From Snowella sp. (GTDB lineage Bacteria > Cyanobacteriota > Cyanobacteriia > Cyanobacteriales > Microcystaceae): a stretch of DNA of 64,000 nucleotides. Positions 30,948-41,315 of this stretch are shown one piece after another. The stretch is from positions 32,001 to 96,000 of the forward strand of contig JAYKGY010000019.1 in the NCBI GenBank assembly GCA_035285545.1. The letters are read 5' to 3'. The translations under genes were made by a program, and so were the position numbers. Every line of letters starts with the position of its first letter. Position 1 is the first letter of the stretch. The notes below the pieces were generated by a model. It did not search any database, was not told the origin of the DNA, and worked only from the letters and a program-made list of their open reading frames with translations.

Positions 30948-32275
30948 AGCAAATGATTTTCAAAGAATATTTGATACAATTTGCAACTTAATAGGGCCTT
31001 GTTATGGGCTAGGCGAATGAATCCTAAACTTTCTAATTGATAGGCTTCAGTAGAGTCTAAGGGTAAACGATGGGGATTAATCAAAAATTCTTGAAAAGTG
31101 TTCAGTAATCTCTTATTCCGTTGCAAAATCAATAACTGGCTTTGTAAATAATCTTGATAAATTTCAAACACTTTAACCGAAACCTGTTCAACTTCTACTA
31201 ACGATAATTGCTCACTCACAAAATAATAGAACAGCAACCGAATGAGATAGGGGTGTCCTCCCACTAAATCAAAAATAACTCTAGCCTTTTTTTGCCCCTT
31301 TTCTCCCATCCAGTCTAATTCATACCGATTGGCTAGATCTTGGATTTGCGCCAGATTCAAGGGGGGGATTTCTAAGGGTAAGCCCACATTAAAAGGCGAT
31401 TGATGGGGGTCTAGAGGAATAAAATTTTTAATGGAATTGACAATAATTAACCGCAGTTTTTCCCAAATCGGGCGTTGTTTAGATTGTTCATGCCAGAATC
31501 GGAGTAAGGAAGAAAATTCATGCACGATCGCGTTCTGGTTAAAAATCCGGTTGAATTCATTAAACGCTAAAATAAGGGGCTGATTGATAGCGGCTAAAAG
31601 ATAATTTTGGAAATATTCCGTACAATTCATCTTGCTGCCTAACAGATCGTCCCAGTAGTCATCAATCCGGTGGGGAATTTCCAACTGACGGCTGACATTG
31701 ACGCAAAACCAACGCAAAAACTTATCAAGATCGTGAAAAATGATGTCATCAACAACTTTTAGGTCAATAACCACTGTGAAATAGTTGGCTTGTTGCGCTT
31801 TCTCTAAAATCCGAATTAACAGGGAGCTTTTTCCCATTTTGATCGGAGAATGAATACAGGTCACACTGCCAGGCTTATGAATTTCGGCATAGGCGGAAAG
31901 CTCTAGCGGGGGGCGTTCAATATAAAAAGGAGAATCCGCTGGAATAGGACTTCCTGGAAATTCAAACAGTCCCCGTTGGTGGTGAATGCCATATTGGAGA
32001 AAGCGTTCATAATTGGATAAAAAGATTTCGGGTTCTTGTTTAGAAAAAATGAAGCGAAAATTATTTTTGGTAATGGCTTCTCCGTAGAGTTCAGACAAAT
32101 CATGCCATAGCTCAGCGGCCATATTTTTAATATAGGCTTCTTGATAATGCAACTTTTGGGCAATTTGGGCATAGGTTAAGCCTCGCCAAGCTCCCCGCAA
32201 AATATGCTTTTTTAGAGGAGTCAGCACAAAATTTTGTCTAGAGTTGATTAAATCAATTAAGTCTTCAATCCCCAT
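30944..32275 (-). CDS. AAA_35 (AAA-like) domain protein with an N-terminal HTH
   Basis: GAWRGLTYAQIA HTH; SPFYIERPP; MGKSSL; QSPFNVG; GGHPYL. Confidence 0.88.
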   Translation of the reverse strand: MGIEDLIDLINSRQNFVLTPLKKHILRGAWRGLTYAQIAQKLHYQEAYIKNMAAELWHDLSELYGEAITKNNFRFIFSKQEPEIFLSNYERFLQYGIHHQRGLFEFPGSPIPADSPFYIERPPLELSAYAEIHKPGSVTCIHSPIKMGKSSLLIRILEKAQQANYFTVVIDLKVVDDIIFHDLDKFLRWFCVNVSRQLEIPHRIDDYWDDLLGSKMNCTEYFQNYLLAAINQPLILAFNEFNRIFNQNAIVHEFSSLLRFWHEQSKQRPIWEKLRLIIVNSIKNFIPLDPHQSPFNVGLPLEIPPLNLAQIQDLANRYELDWMGEKGQKKARVIFDLVGGHPYLIRLLFYYFVSEQLSLVEVEQVSVKVFEIYQDYLQSQLLILQRNKRLLNTFQEFLINPHRLPLDSTEAYQLESLGFIRLAHNKALLSCKLYQIFFENHLL

Positions 32276-32803
32276 TTTTCTATTCTCTACGATGAATTTG
32301 AAAGGATAAATCTAGAATCCCGATCCGATCTGACTCACTGATTTTCCAGATCTCAAAATGTCGCTCACTCATATTTTTAAAACAACATCAATGAGTAAAC
32401 CCCGTTCATCAACCTAGTTTTTAATATAGGAAACTGAATAACAAAAAGCGGTAAACAGCATGGTTACGTGTTTTATCTGTAACCCGTTTCAATGTGGTTT
32501 GGCTTAGAAAACGATAGCCTAAAATGGATACGGTAATATTTTACAACTGCTTCCCAATAGGGATGGTCATCTTTTTATGGACAAAGAGGTGACTTTAAAT
32601 TGTTGAAATAAAATCGTTTTTGTGCTAAGAGCAATGATTGCGATCGCGGTTAATGCCGGAACTGTAGGAGGTCATGAGGAAGACTAATCAGGGAAATAAC
32701 GGAAATAAATCGCCGAGGAAAAACTAGCCCGTCCCGCTTTCTCCTATAATAGAAAGTTGCTTTTCATTACGTCCTGTCCTTAGAGCCTGCTGGAGAAATC
32801 ACT

Positions 32804-33112
32804 ATGCCCCAAGCCGTTGGTGTTATTCAAACTTTGGGATTTCCTGCTGTCCTCGCGGCGGCTGATGCAATGGTCAAAGGCGGACGAGTAACCCTGGTTT
32901 ATTACGATTTAGCAGAACGGGGAGAATTTTTGGTGGCAGTACGGGGGCCGGTTTCGGAGGTTAAATTAGCCGTTGAAATGGGACTCAAGGCCGTTGATAG
33001 TACACCAGGGGGCGAACTGGTAAGTCACTATATTGTCCCCAATCCCCCCGAAAATGTTCTTGCCGTATTACCCCTTGAATATACGGAGAAAGTTGCTCGT
33101 TTTCGGAGTTGA
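32804..33112 (+). CDS. ccmK3: Carboxysome shell protein CcmK3
   Basis: BMC domain: MPQAVGVIQTLGFP..AADAMVK..RGPVSEV..PNPPENV. Confidence 0.92.
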   Translation: MPQAVGVIQTLGFPAVLAAADAMVKGGRVTLVYYDLAERGEFLVAVRGPVSEVKLAVEMGLKAVDSTPGGELVSHYIVPNPPENVLAVLPLEYTEKVARFRS

Positions 33113-33245
33113 GCGTTCTGGTCGTTTGTCCCCGATTATCCTATAGTGACACTGGGGCAAAGATTGACGCATTTTTTCCTCAAATCTGCGTCTTAAACTT
33201 AATTTTTATTTTAGTTATTCATCATAATAGTTAGGAGAATTTACC

Positions 33246-33587
33246 ATGCCATCTCAATCCGCTGTCGGTTCTATCGAAACTAAAGGCTTTCCGGGTATTT
33301 TAGCGGCGGCTGATGCAATGGTTAAAGCAGGCAGAATTACCATTGTTAGTTATCTTCGGGCAGGAAGTGCCCGTTTTACCTTGAATATTCGGGGTGATGT
33401 TCAGGAAGTTAAAACAGCAATGGCAGCAGGGATTGAGGCTGTTAATCGGACAGAAGGTGCAGTGGTAGAAACCTGGGTTATTATTCCTCGTCCCCACGAA
33501 AATGTTGGTACGGTATTGCCCATTGATTATAGCGATGATGTGGAAATTTTCCGGGCCGCGGCTGAAGGCTTAGTTCCGAATCGTTAG
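33246..33587 (+). CDS. ccmK4: Carboxysome shell protein CcmK4
   Basis: BMC domain with a GSARFT pore loop and IIPRPHENV; follows ccmK3. Confidence 0.93.
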   Translation: MPSQSAVGSIETKGFPGILAAADAMVKAGRITIVSYLRAGSARFTLNIRGDVQEVKTAMAAGIEAVNRTEGAVVETWVIIPRPHENVGTVLPIDYSDDVEIFRAAAEGLVPNR

Positions 33588-33603
33588 ATGTGATCCAAAG
33601 ATT

Positions 33604-34236
33604 TTGACACAAGCTTGGTTAGACCAACTCAAAACCCAACGCGCGATCGCGGTTTTACGGACTCAGGATTTAGCGATTGGCCGTAACCTAGCCCATGCAG
33701 TAGTGGCTGGGGGAATGCGGCTAGTGGAAATCACCTGGAATAGCGTTGAACCGGATAGATTGATTGCAGAATTACGGGAAACCTTTCCTGATTGTTGGAT
33801 TGGCACAGGAACTGTGTTAACCGTCGCCGATTTAAAGGCCGCGATCGCCTGTGGTTGTCAGTTTTGTTTTACCCCTCACTTGAATCCCCCATTAATCGAA
33901 ACCGCCGTCAAAGCGGGGATTCCCATCATTCCAGGGGCGTTAACTCCCACCGAAATCGTTACTGCCTGGCAAGCAGGAGCCAGTGCCGTTAAGGTTTTTC
34001 CGGTTCAAGCAGTCGGCGGAGTGGACTATATCAAAGCCTTGCAAGGGCCCTTAGGGACTATCCCCTTAATTCCCACAGGGGGCGTAACCTTAGAGAATGC
34101 CAAAGCCTTTATCCAAGCTGGCGCGATCGCGGTAGGACTATCCGGCCAACTTTTCCCCCCCCAACTTGTCCAAACCGCAGATTGGTCAGGGATTCAACAA
34201 CGGGTCGCCGCTTTATACCAACAGCTACACGCTTAG
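33604..34236 (+). CDS. eda: KDPG/KHG aldolase
   Basis: IAVLR, VEIT, GTGTVL, PGALTPTE, VKVFP, PTGGV. Confidence 0.93.
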   Translation: MTQAWLDQLKTQRAIAVLRTQDLAIGRNLAHAVVAGGMRLVEITWNSVEPDRLIAELRETFPDCWIGTGTVLTVADLKAAIACGCQFCFTPHLNPPLIETAVKAGIPIIPGALTPTEIVTAWQAGASAVKVFPVQAVGGVDYIKALQGPLGTIPLIPTGGVTLENAKAFIQAGAIAVGLSGQLFPPQLVQTADWSGIQQRVAALYQQLHA

Positions 34237-34239
34237 TCA

Positions 34240-34923
34240 CTATTCCGAAAACATCAAATGATAATCCAAGGCTTGGGCTAAATCATAATTTTCATCTAAG
34301 TTGTCATCGCCCAAACAAAACGCCTGTAAATTTCCTTCAATAGAAATCGTGGATTCACTAAAAAAGAGTGTTTGTTCTTTCGCTTGATTTTTGTGATGAG
34401 GGGATGCGGGTAGAATCAATTCTTCTTGAGTTCGTTGAGCGGTCGTATTTTTGAGTTGCTTAACCGTACTGTGGGCTTTATTTCTGGAAGAAGCCGTTGG
34501 GGAAGTCATTTGTTTCGGCTGGAAATCAGAACATGCCTTTGCTTGGGGCACCAAATTTTCTAAGAAATAATCGACAGTTTGCTGTTTGACCCAACCTTTC
34601 ATGACGGCTAAAGCCCCAAAACGAACTCCCAATTGTTTTTGCTCTAGCAAAATTTGTTGAATTTGTTCCTCGTTCAACAGGGCGGCTGATTGTAGGTAAT
34701 GGCCGAGGGGCTGAATATAGGACGCAAGCACGATGGTCGGCCAAGTTTCGGCGAAAAAATCGGCTGTTTCCTGCTGAATCCAACCGTGTAGTGCCAAAAT
34801 TTCTCCTAACGGCAAACGATAATATTGTTGATCCTGTAAAGCAACTTCAATTTGAGAGGGAGTAATTAGGCCCGCTTCCCACAAAATTGAACCAAGTAGT
34901 TTAGGCGAAAATCGTTGGGGCAT
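34240..34923 (-). CDS. Protein with tandem MshEN-like (GspE N-terminal) repeats
   Basis: LGSIL.EAGLIT..QIEVAL.DQ, LGEIL..HGWI, LGHYL..AALL...QI..IL.EQ, RFG.LAV.KGWV. Confidence 0.7.
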   Translation of the reverse strand: MPQRFSPKLLGSILWEAGLITPSQIEVALQDQQYYRLPLGEILALHGWIQQETADFFAETWPTIVLASYIQPLGHYLQSAALLNEEQIQQILLEQKQLGVRFGALAVMKGWVKQQTVDYFLENLVPQAKACSDFQPKQMTSPTASSRNKAHSTVKQLKNTTAQRTQEELILPASPHHKNQAKEQTLFFSESTISIEGNLQAFCLGDDNLDENYDLAQALDYHLMFSE

Positions 34924-35351
34924 AGATCAAATGGATAATTCAGTAATGAAACTTGATAAATTCTTAATCGATTTTTAAGATTTTTAAATACCGTCTAAAC
35001 CTGAACAGACACTTAACAGGCTCAATATGCTGGGAGTGAGTAGCCGTAAAATTAATAAATAGTTACTATTACTTTTTGGATATCTGACATCATACCTTAA
35101 CTTTTCCATGATTTTTCATTGCTTTTAAAATTCTTACGAAAAATCAGACTTTTTTCCGACTTTAACCAAACAATCCAAGGTTGAGTGGACGACAATGGGG
35201 ATGATCATGAAGGGAGGATGCGATCGCGCCGGTTAATCCGAAGCAACTTCTAACCCTAGAGACAGGAGTTATCGCCAAAAGCGTCTTGAATTTTGAGTCT
35301 GTAAAGATTTATGATCAAAATCAGTAACAATCTTGTCAACAATGAGGAATT

Positions 35352-35786
35352 ATGGCTTTAGCAGTCGGAAACGTTGCGCCTAACTTTACAACCGTCGATG
35401 ATGAGGGCCAAACCGTCTCATTATCTGATTTTGCAGGTAAAACCGTTGTTTTATACTTTTACCCGAAAGATGATACACCAGGTTGCACCGTCGAAGCGCA
35501 AGGATTTCGGGATAATCATACCGAATACCAAGGCAAAGATATCGTTGTCTTGGGGGTTAGCAAAGATGATCAAGCGTCCCATAAAAAATTCAAAGAAAAA
35601 TATGGTTTACCTTTTCAGTTGCTAGTAGATACCGATGGCGCGATTACCCAGGCCTACGATGTGGATGGGGGCGGTTACTCTAAACGGGTCACTTACATCA
35701 TCGATAGCACAGGCAAAATTAGCTACGTTGATGAGCAAGTTAAAACGGCAACCCATGCTCAAGATATTTTAGCGGTTGTCAGCTAA
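35352..35786 (+). CDS. Peroxiredoxin Q / BCP
   Basis: LYFYPKDDTPGCT.EA. Confidence 0.95.
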   Translation: MALAVGNVAPNFTTVDDEGQTVSLSDFAGKTVVLYFYPKDDTPGCTVEAQGFRDNHTEYQGKDIVVLGVSKDDQASHKKFKEKYGLPFQLLVDTDGAITQAYDVDGGGYSKRVTYIIDSTGKISYVDEQVKTATHAQDILAVVS

Positions 35787-35819
35787 GGCTTTGAAACCTA
35801 TTTCAAAAATATTTCCAAG

Positions 35820-35847
35820 AGGAGACGAATGGGGTCTCCTTTTTTTG
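35820..35847 (+). terminator. Intrinsic terminator between prxQ and the PBP gene
   Basis: AGGAGAC-GAATGGG-GTCTCCT plus a T run. Confidence 0.78.
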
Positions 35848-35860
35848 GGTTATGCTGCTT

Positions 35861-38476
35861 CTACTCTTCTTTTTTCGCAGCAGGGGGCGCAGGAAGGGAA
35901 GAGTTACCGCTACTAGCGGATGAAGAGGACGGGGCATTACTACGGCGACTGGAACGACGAGCAGAACGGCGGGATACGGAGGAATTGCCTTGGGCGGTTT
36001 CTTCACTTGTGCGTCTTGAGCGTCTACGTCGGGAACGACGGGTTTCTGTCGGTTGCTCCCTATCCCTGTCTGTTCGTTGATTATTATCTGTATTGGTATT
36101 ACTTAACGAACGACGACGGCGGCGACGACGGGGTTGAGTGGTTCCATCGCTGGGAGAGTTGGTAATCGCATTTCTTCCTTGAACCGCAGCAGGCGCGATC
36201 GCTAATACCTTAAGCCCTTTTGATCGCAAGGGTTCGGCTTTAATGGTGGGTTTGCGGCCTTCTATTTTCTTCGGTAAAGCGGGGAAATATTGAACGGGCA
36301 TTCCTTTTACCGCATCGACCATAACCTGTTGCCAAATCATGGCGGCGGTTGTACTGGCTCCTTTGGTTGGGGCATTATTGCCATTACCGAGCCATACCCC
36401 CGTGACGAGTTGGGGAATATAGCCAATAAACCACAAATCTCTGGCTTTATCGGAGGTTCCGGTTTTGCCTGCAACTTGGCGATCGCCCAATTGGGCTGGA
36501 CGACCCGTTCCCGATGTGACAACCGTTCGCATCATTGAAGTCATGATGGCATTACTGTCTGGATCGAGGGCCCGATTAGTTTTCACTTCCGTTTTGTAGA
36601 GAACTTTTCCTTGTCGGTCGAGAATTTGGGTGATGGCATAGGGTTTGACATGAACCCCGTTATTGGCGAATGTCCCATAGGCACTGGTCATTTCTAGGGG
36701 AGTCATTTCCCAGGCTCCTAATGCCAGAGAGTAGGTCGGCTCTAGTTTAGATTCAATGCCCATTTGTCGGGCTAGTTTGATCACCGGATTCCAACCCACA
36801 TCGAGCAACAAGCGTACCGCTACCACGTTGACAGAACTGGCTAATGCCTGACGTAAAGACATTGCTCCCCCTGTATAGGTATCCCCATAATTTTCGGGGG
36901 TGTAACCATTAATGGTAAAGGGAACATTGGGATAGGTTTTATTGGGAGAAATTCCCGCCGCGATCGCCGTTGCATAGAGAATGGGCTTAAAGGTCGAACC
37001 CGGTTGGCGTTTAGCTTGGGTAACGTGATTAAACTGAGTTTTCTTGTAATCCTTGCCCCCGACCATGGTAAAAATCGCGCCCGTTTTCGGATCGATAGTG
37101 ACTAAAGCGGCTTCGCTAAAACGTTGCCATTGCCCATACTTCGCGATCGCCTGACTAACAACTTCTTCTGCGTGTTTCTGCCAGTTAGCGTTTAGCGTGG
37201 TTTCAACCGTTAACCCTCCTGCCTTAATTTGGGATTCAGGAACGTATTTGGGTAATTCTTTGAGAATGTAATCGGTAAAATAGGGAGCTTCTCGATTAAA
37301 TCGTTTCAGGGGGCTAGGCTTGAGGTTTAAAGGCTCTAAAATTGCAGTCTGAGCTTGGGCACGGGTAATAAATCCCGCATCGGCCATCTTATTTAAGACT
37401 TCATTACGGCGTTTGGTGGCTAACTCTTTATTTTCTAACGGGGAATAACGACTCGGTGCCGGCACAATTCCGGCTAGGGTTGCGGCTTCTGTTAGGGTTA
37501 ATTTTTCAGGAGGCTTACTAAAGTACGCATGGGCGGCATCGGCGACCCCGTAGGCTCCTGATCCCAAATAAATTAAATTTAAATATTGCTGTAAAATTTC
37601 GTCTTTTGTATAGCGGTCTTCAATTTTTTGAGCCAAACGAATTTCGCGAATTTTTCGTCCAAAGTTACGGTCTTGATTGAGAAAGACTAAACGGGCTAAC
37701 TGTTGGGTAATGGTGCTTCCCCCTTCGACCACATCTCCCGCCTGGATATTGGAAAATAGGGCCCGCATAATGCCTTGGAGATCCACACCGCGATGTTCCC
37801 TAAAGCGTCGGTCTTCGCTGGCAATAAAGGCTTGACTCACTAACGGCGGAATGGCATTGGCCTTGACTTTATCGTGACTAACGGGGCCAATTTCCTGAAG
37901 GACTGTCCCATTTTTCGCTTTAATCGTCAGCGTTCCTTCTGGGGCGTAGGTCAAGACATCTTCAACAGCAACTTGCGTATTTTGTTCTAATTTATAGATT
38001 CCCCAGCCAAGCGCGATCGCCGAACTACTCACTCCGACTCCCATTCCCAAAAACAACCAAAATCGGGGATGCTGGGTAATTTGTTTAAACTTAGAAGGCT
38101 TAGAGTCCTTTGAAACCTCATTGGTAGATAGTTTTGGCAATTTTAGGGTTCTGCGCCGTTCCCGTCTTCTATTTTTTTTAGCCGGAGCAGATACACTACT
38201 GGGACTCGTGGTATCGGAATTTTGGGAGCCTGTCGTTACTGTAGCGGCTAATTCAGGCAATGTAGCCGAATTAACACTGGATTCTGTTTGATTTAAACTG
38301 GATAGGTTAGTTTCGTCGGGTTGAAGACGGGTTTCTAAACTTGGTGTGACAATAGGCTCAGCCGAAGAATTGACAGAATTAACGGGTTGAAGCTGGTCTC
38401 GTTCTAAGGCTTCCGCTACTGAATGGAGAACTTGGCTTGTTTTTTTCTTCAGGGTGTGAGTGAGTTGTTTAAACAC
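35861..38476 (-). CDS. Class A penicillin-binding protein (PBP1A family)
   Basis: Transglycosylase EDRRF..H.GVD and GGSTITQQL; transpeptidase STFK, SVN and KTG; one TM segment. Confidence 0.95.
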   Translation of the reverse strand: MFKQLTHTLKKKTSQVLHSVAEALERDQLQPVNSVNSSAEPIVTPSLETRLQPDETNLSSLNQTESSVNSATLPELAATVTTGSQNSDTTSPSSVSAPAKKNRRRERRRTLKLPKLSTNEVSKDSKPSKFKQITQHPRFWLFLGMGVGVSSSAIALGWGIYKLEQNTQVAVEDVLTYAPEGTLTIKAKNGTVLQEIGPVSHDKVKANAIPPLVSQAFIASEDRRFREHRGVDLQGIMRALFSNIQAGDVVEGGSTITQQLARLVFLNQDRNFGRKIREIRLAQKIEDRYTKDEILQQYLNLIYLGSGAYGVADAAHAYFSKPPEKLTLTEAATLAGIVPAPSRYSPLENKELATKRRNEVLNKMADAGFITRAQAQTAILEPLNLKPSPLKRFNREAPYFTDYILKELPKYVPESQIKAGGLTVETTLNANWQKHAEEVVSQAIAKYGQWQRFSEAALVTIDPKTGAIFTMVGGKDYKKTQFNHVTQAKRQPGSTFKPILYATAIAAGISPNKTYPNVPFTINGYTPENYGDTYTGGAMSLRQALASSVNVVAVRLLLDVGWNPVIKLARQMGIESKLEPTYSLALGAWEMTPLEMTSAYGTFANNGVHVKPYAITQILDRQGKVLYKTEVKTNRALDPDSNAIMTSMMRTVVTSGTGRPAQLGDRQVAGKTGTSDKARDLWFIGYIPQLVTGVWLGNGNNAPTKGASTTAAMIWQQVMVDAVKGMPVQYFPALPKKIEGRKPTIKAEPLRSKGLKVLAIAPAAVQGRNAITNSPSDGTTQPRRRRRRRSLSNTNTDNNQRTDRDREQPTETRRSRRRRSRRTSEETAQGNSSVSRRSARRSSRRSNAPSSSSASSGNSSLPAPPAAKKEE

Positions 38477-38863
38477 GTTCGTTCTTATAAAAACTAAAAA
38501 ATATAAAAAGATAAAATAGAGGGATTTCTAATATGCTACAAGTGAATCCCCGATTTGTCGCAACTCAAAGTGATGGAGAAATTATTGTCCAACGGATGGG
38601 GAAAGCGTTTGCTCGCTGTCTGAAATGGGGCGATCGCGATTGATTCATGATTCTGGGTATGGGTCAGTGTGTCAGGGATATAGAATAGGCTCACCGACTG
38701 TACCAAGACCAAAATAGTTTCAACTACGGCTAAGGAATTAATTTATCGATCTTGAGCCAGAAATTTTGGTAAAAAGTAGAGTAATTACAAAAGTATTCGC
38801 CAGATTTGCATGATATTGAACTTGACTAACGCTCGGTAAGAGCTTGTAATTTGTCTAACGTCG

Positions 38864-39241
38864 CTAATTCCACTTTGCTTGATGATAATTGTTTAAAATT
38901 TTTACATCTTTTGTCAATAAAATGCTTTCTGTAATCATTGCCTGAGCGACGATCAAGCGATCAAAGGGATCACGAGTCCAACTTAATCCCAAACCATAAC
39001 CAACGATCTGATTAAAATCTTTATCACATATTCTTAAACCCAAGCGATCACCTAAATCCTGAATAATGGGATCTGCTGAAACAGAGATCCGTTCAATTTC
39101 ATATAAATATTGCAACTCCAAACGGACGATTGGCGAGATATAAAGATCATGCTCGTTTAATAATGACTTTGCTAAATCGGTAAACTTTTCTATTAGCCCA
39201 CCATATAGCCAAACGACAATATGCGTGTCAAGGTAGATCAA
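38864..39241 (-). CDS. PIN-domain (VapC) toxin
   Basis: YLDTHIVVW, ISPIV.LEL, RDPFDRLIVAQA, LLTKD. Confidence 0.92.
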   Translation of the reverse strand: MIYLDTHIVVWLYGGLIEKFTDLAKSLLNEHDLYISPIVRLELQYLYEIERISVSADPIIQDLGDRLGLRICDKDFNQIVGYGLGLSWTRDPFDRLIVAQAMITESILLTKDVKILNNYHQAKWN

Positions 39242-39464
39242 GATTAACCTCCTGCTCCCAACTGACTGAAACTAGATCATTGGGATCACCTAAGATCACA
39301 TCAGGACGATGTACTAGACGTTGTAATTTGTCTCCTATTTCCACTGGAACAATTCGCAAACGTTTTCCGCCCCGCTCAATTTCTAAAGGGATTCCTGTTT
39401 TTAAAACTTCATCTAAAAGATTGTAGAGATTACCGCGTAATTCTGTTGGCGTTATACTTTTCAT
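39228..39464 (-). CDS. Phd/YefM-family antitoxin
   Basis: ITPTELRGNLYNLLDEV..TG.PLEIER.G; overlaps the toxin start. Confidence 0.88.
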   Translation of the reverse strand: MKSITPTELRGNLYNLLDEVLKTGIPLEIERGGKRLRIVPVEIGDKLQRLVHRPDVILGDPNDLVSVSWEQEVNLDLP

Positions 39465-39526
39465 TCTGATTTCTCTTTAACGTACACTTCCTTAATGGTA
39501 ACGTACATCCTTATTGGAGATTTTAT

Positions 39527-40099
39527 ATGATTGCCTTAAAAGAACATTTTCCGAAGTTGACTCCAGAAGAATATTTTGCATGGGAGGAACAACAATTAGA
39601 ACGCCATGAATATATTGATGGTGAAGTTTATGCAATGAGTGGTGGCACGATCAATCATGGGGAAATTGCAGGAAACTTTCTGGCTCTACTGAAAGCCCAT
39701 CTACGAGGAAGTGGTTGTAAAACTCTTAATTCTGATTGTCGAGTAAGTATTGTAGGTGCGACAAAGTACGTCTATCCTGATATCAGTGTGACCTGTGATG
39801 ATCGGGATAAGACGACAAACCAATACGTTACCTATCCTTGTCTAATCGTTGAGGTTTTATCCCCCCATACAGAAGCCTATGACCGTGGCAAAAAATTCAA
39901 AATGTACCGCCGTAATACCAATTTGCAAGAATATGTTTTAGTCGGTGTGGACACGATTGAAATTGAACTATTCCGTAAAACTGAAATAGGTGACTGGCGG
40001 ATTATCAATTATCAAGCAGGGGATAGGGTCGAGCTAAAAAGCGTTAATTTCACCTGCCAGATTGAACAAATTTATGAGGATATAGTATTTTCCACATAG
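39527..40099 (+). CDS. Uma2 family endonuclease-fold protein
   Basis: RHEYIDGEVYAMSGG, YPDISVTCD, LIVEVLS..TEAYDRG.K. Confidence 0.93.
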   Translation: MIALKEHFPKLTPEEYFAWEEQQLERHEYIDGEVYAMSGGTINHGEIAGNFLALLKAHLRGSGCKTLNSDCRVSIVGATKYVYPDISVTCDDRDKTTNQYVTYPCLIVEVLSPHTEAYDRGKKFKMYRRNTNLQEYVLVGVDTIEIELFRKTEIGDWRIINYQAGDRVELKSVNFTCQIEQIYEDIVFST

Positions 40100-40161
40100 C
40101 TTCAGGATGCTTAAGGCTTGGGTTGTTTGCCATCACAACGTAATTGGCCGTAAATTTAACC

Positions 40162-40440
40162 TTAAATAGCATAGTTGAGAAAACCCTTTGTTTCAGAAAA
40201 GAACTTAGTTTGACGGGGTTTAATATAAACAACTTGATTGAGATGTAAATTTAATTCATCAAATTGTTCGCGGCTGAGGTGAGCCATCACGGTTTGCTCA
40301 TCGGGTAACACTAATTCCACTTGAATTTCCCAACCTAAATGGGTAATCCGTTTAACTTGGGCTTGGCTCGTTTCTTCATCGCTTTGGGTTTGTAGATCTA
40401 AGTCGTGGGGACGCACAAAGGTAGAAAAGGAAGCATGATA
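40162..40440 (-). pseudogene. C-terminal TOBE fragment of a CysA-like ABC ATPase
   Basis: FVRPHD...V.RITHLGWEIQVEL.L.D....AHLSREQFDEL.L...Q.VYIKP. No NBD lies upstream; aqpZ ends at 40545. Confidence 0.75.
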
Positions 40441-40544
40441 AAATTGCCCCCCTTTGATTAAAAATTGCTGAATCGAAGGGAGGCTAACTTAAAACGAATC
40501 GAATTAAGTTTAATGATTTATGTTTTCTAAAACTTCACGAATCT

Positions 40545-41315
40545 TTATTCACTCAGATCGGTTTCTGGGCCAGGTTCATAGGGAGACTGTTCTAAAAAGT
40601 TCGAGTAAACATAACCCGCCGCGATCGCGCCAAGAATAGGGGCAATCCAGAATAAAGGTAACTGAGCAATCAGTTCAAAATTACCACAGAAAATGGCAAC
40701 TCCCGTACTTCTGGCTGGATTAACCGAAGTATTGGTGATAGGAATACTGATCAAATGAATCAGGGTTAAGCCTAAACCAATAGGAACGGGGGCAAAACCA
40801 GCAGGAGCACGTTTATCCGTCGCTCCCAAAATAATAATTAAGAAAACAAAGGTTAAAACAATTTCTGTAATGGCAGCAGCAAGCAAATTGTAACCACCCG
40901 GAGAGTGGGGACCAAATCCATTGGTGGCTAAGGGGTTAGAACCAGAAGGATCAAAGCCACTTTTGCCATTAGCGATGATTACAATGACTAGGGCTGCAAC
41001 GATCGCGCCGATTACCTGAGCCACAATATAAGGGACAAGATTTTTACTGTGAAAACGTTTACCTGCAACTAAGCCGATAGAAACCGCCGGATTAAAATGT
41101 CCTCCAGAGATATGACCAAAAGCATAAGCTCCCGTTAAAACCGTTAAACCAAAGGCAAGGGAAACCCCCACTAAACCAATTCCTAAATTAACGATAGTTC
41201 GGGTTCCTTCTTCTCCGATGCTGCCTGAGAAAGTTGCGGCAAAAACGGCACTACCGCATCCCCCCAAAACTAACCAGAAAGTTCCTAAGAACTCTGCAAT
41301 GTATTCTTTTTTCAT
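40545..41315 (-). CDS. aqpZ: Aquaporin Z
   Basis: [39 protein letters not shown]. Confidence 0.96.
   Translation of the reverse strand: MKKEYIAEFLGTFWLVLGGCGSAVFAATFSGSIGEEGTRTIVNLGIGLVGVSLAFGLTVLTGAYAFGHISGGHFNPAVSIGLVAGKRFHSKNLVPYIVAQVIGAIVAALVIVIIANGKSGFDPSGSNPLATNGFGPHSPGGYNLLAAAITEIVLTFVFLIIILGATDKRAPAGFAPVPIGLGLTLIHLISIPITNTSVNPARSTGVAIFCGNFELIAQLPLFWIAPILGAIAAGYVYSNFLEQSPYEPGPETDLSE

Noticed and set aside
38824..38863. GACTAAC/GTCTAAC motifs next to vapC resembling integron attC cores
   Set aside because: There is no matching inverted partner, no attC hairpin and no integrase nearby.
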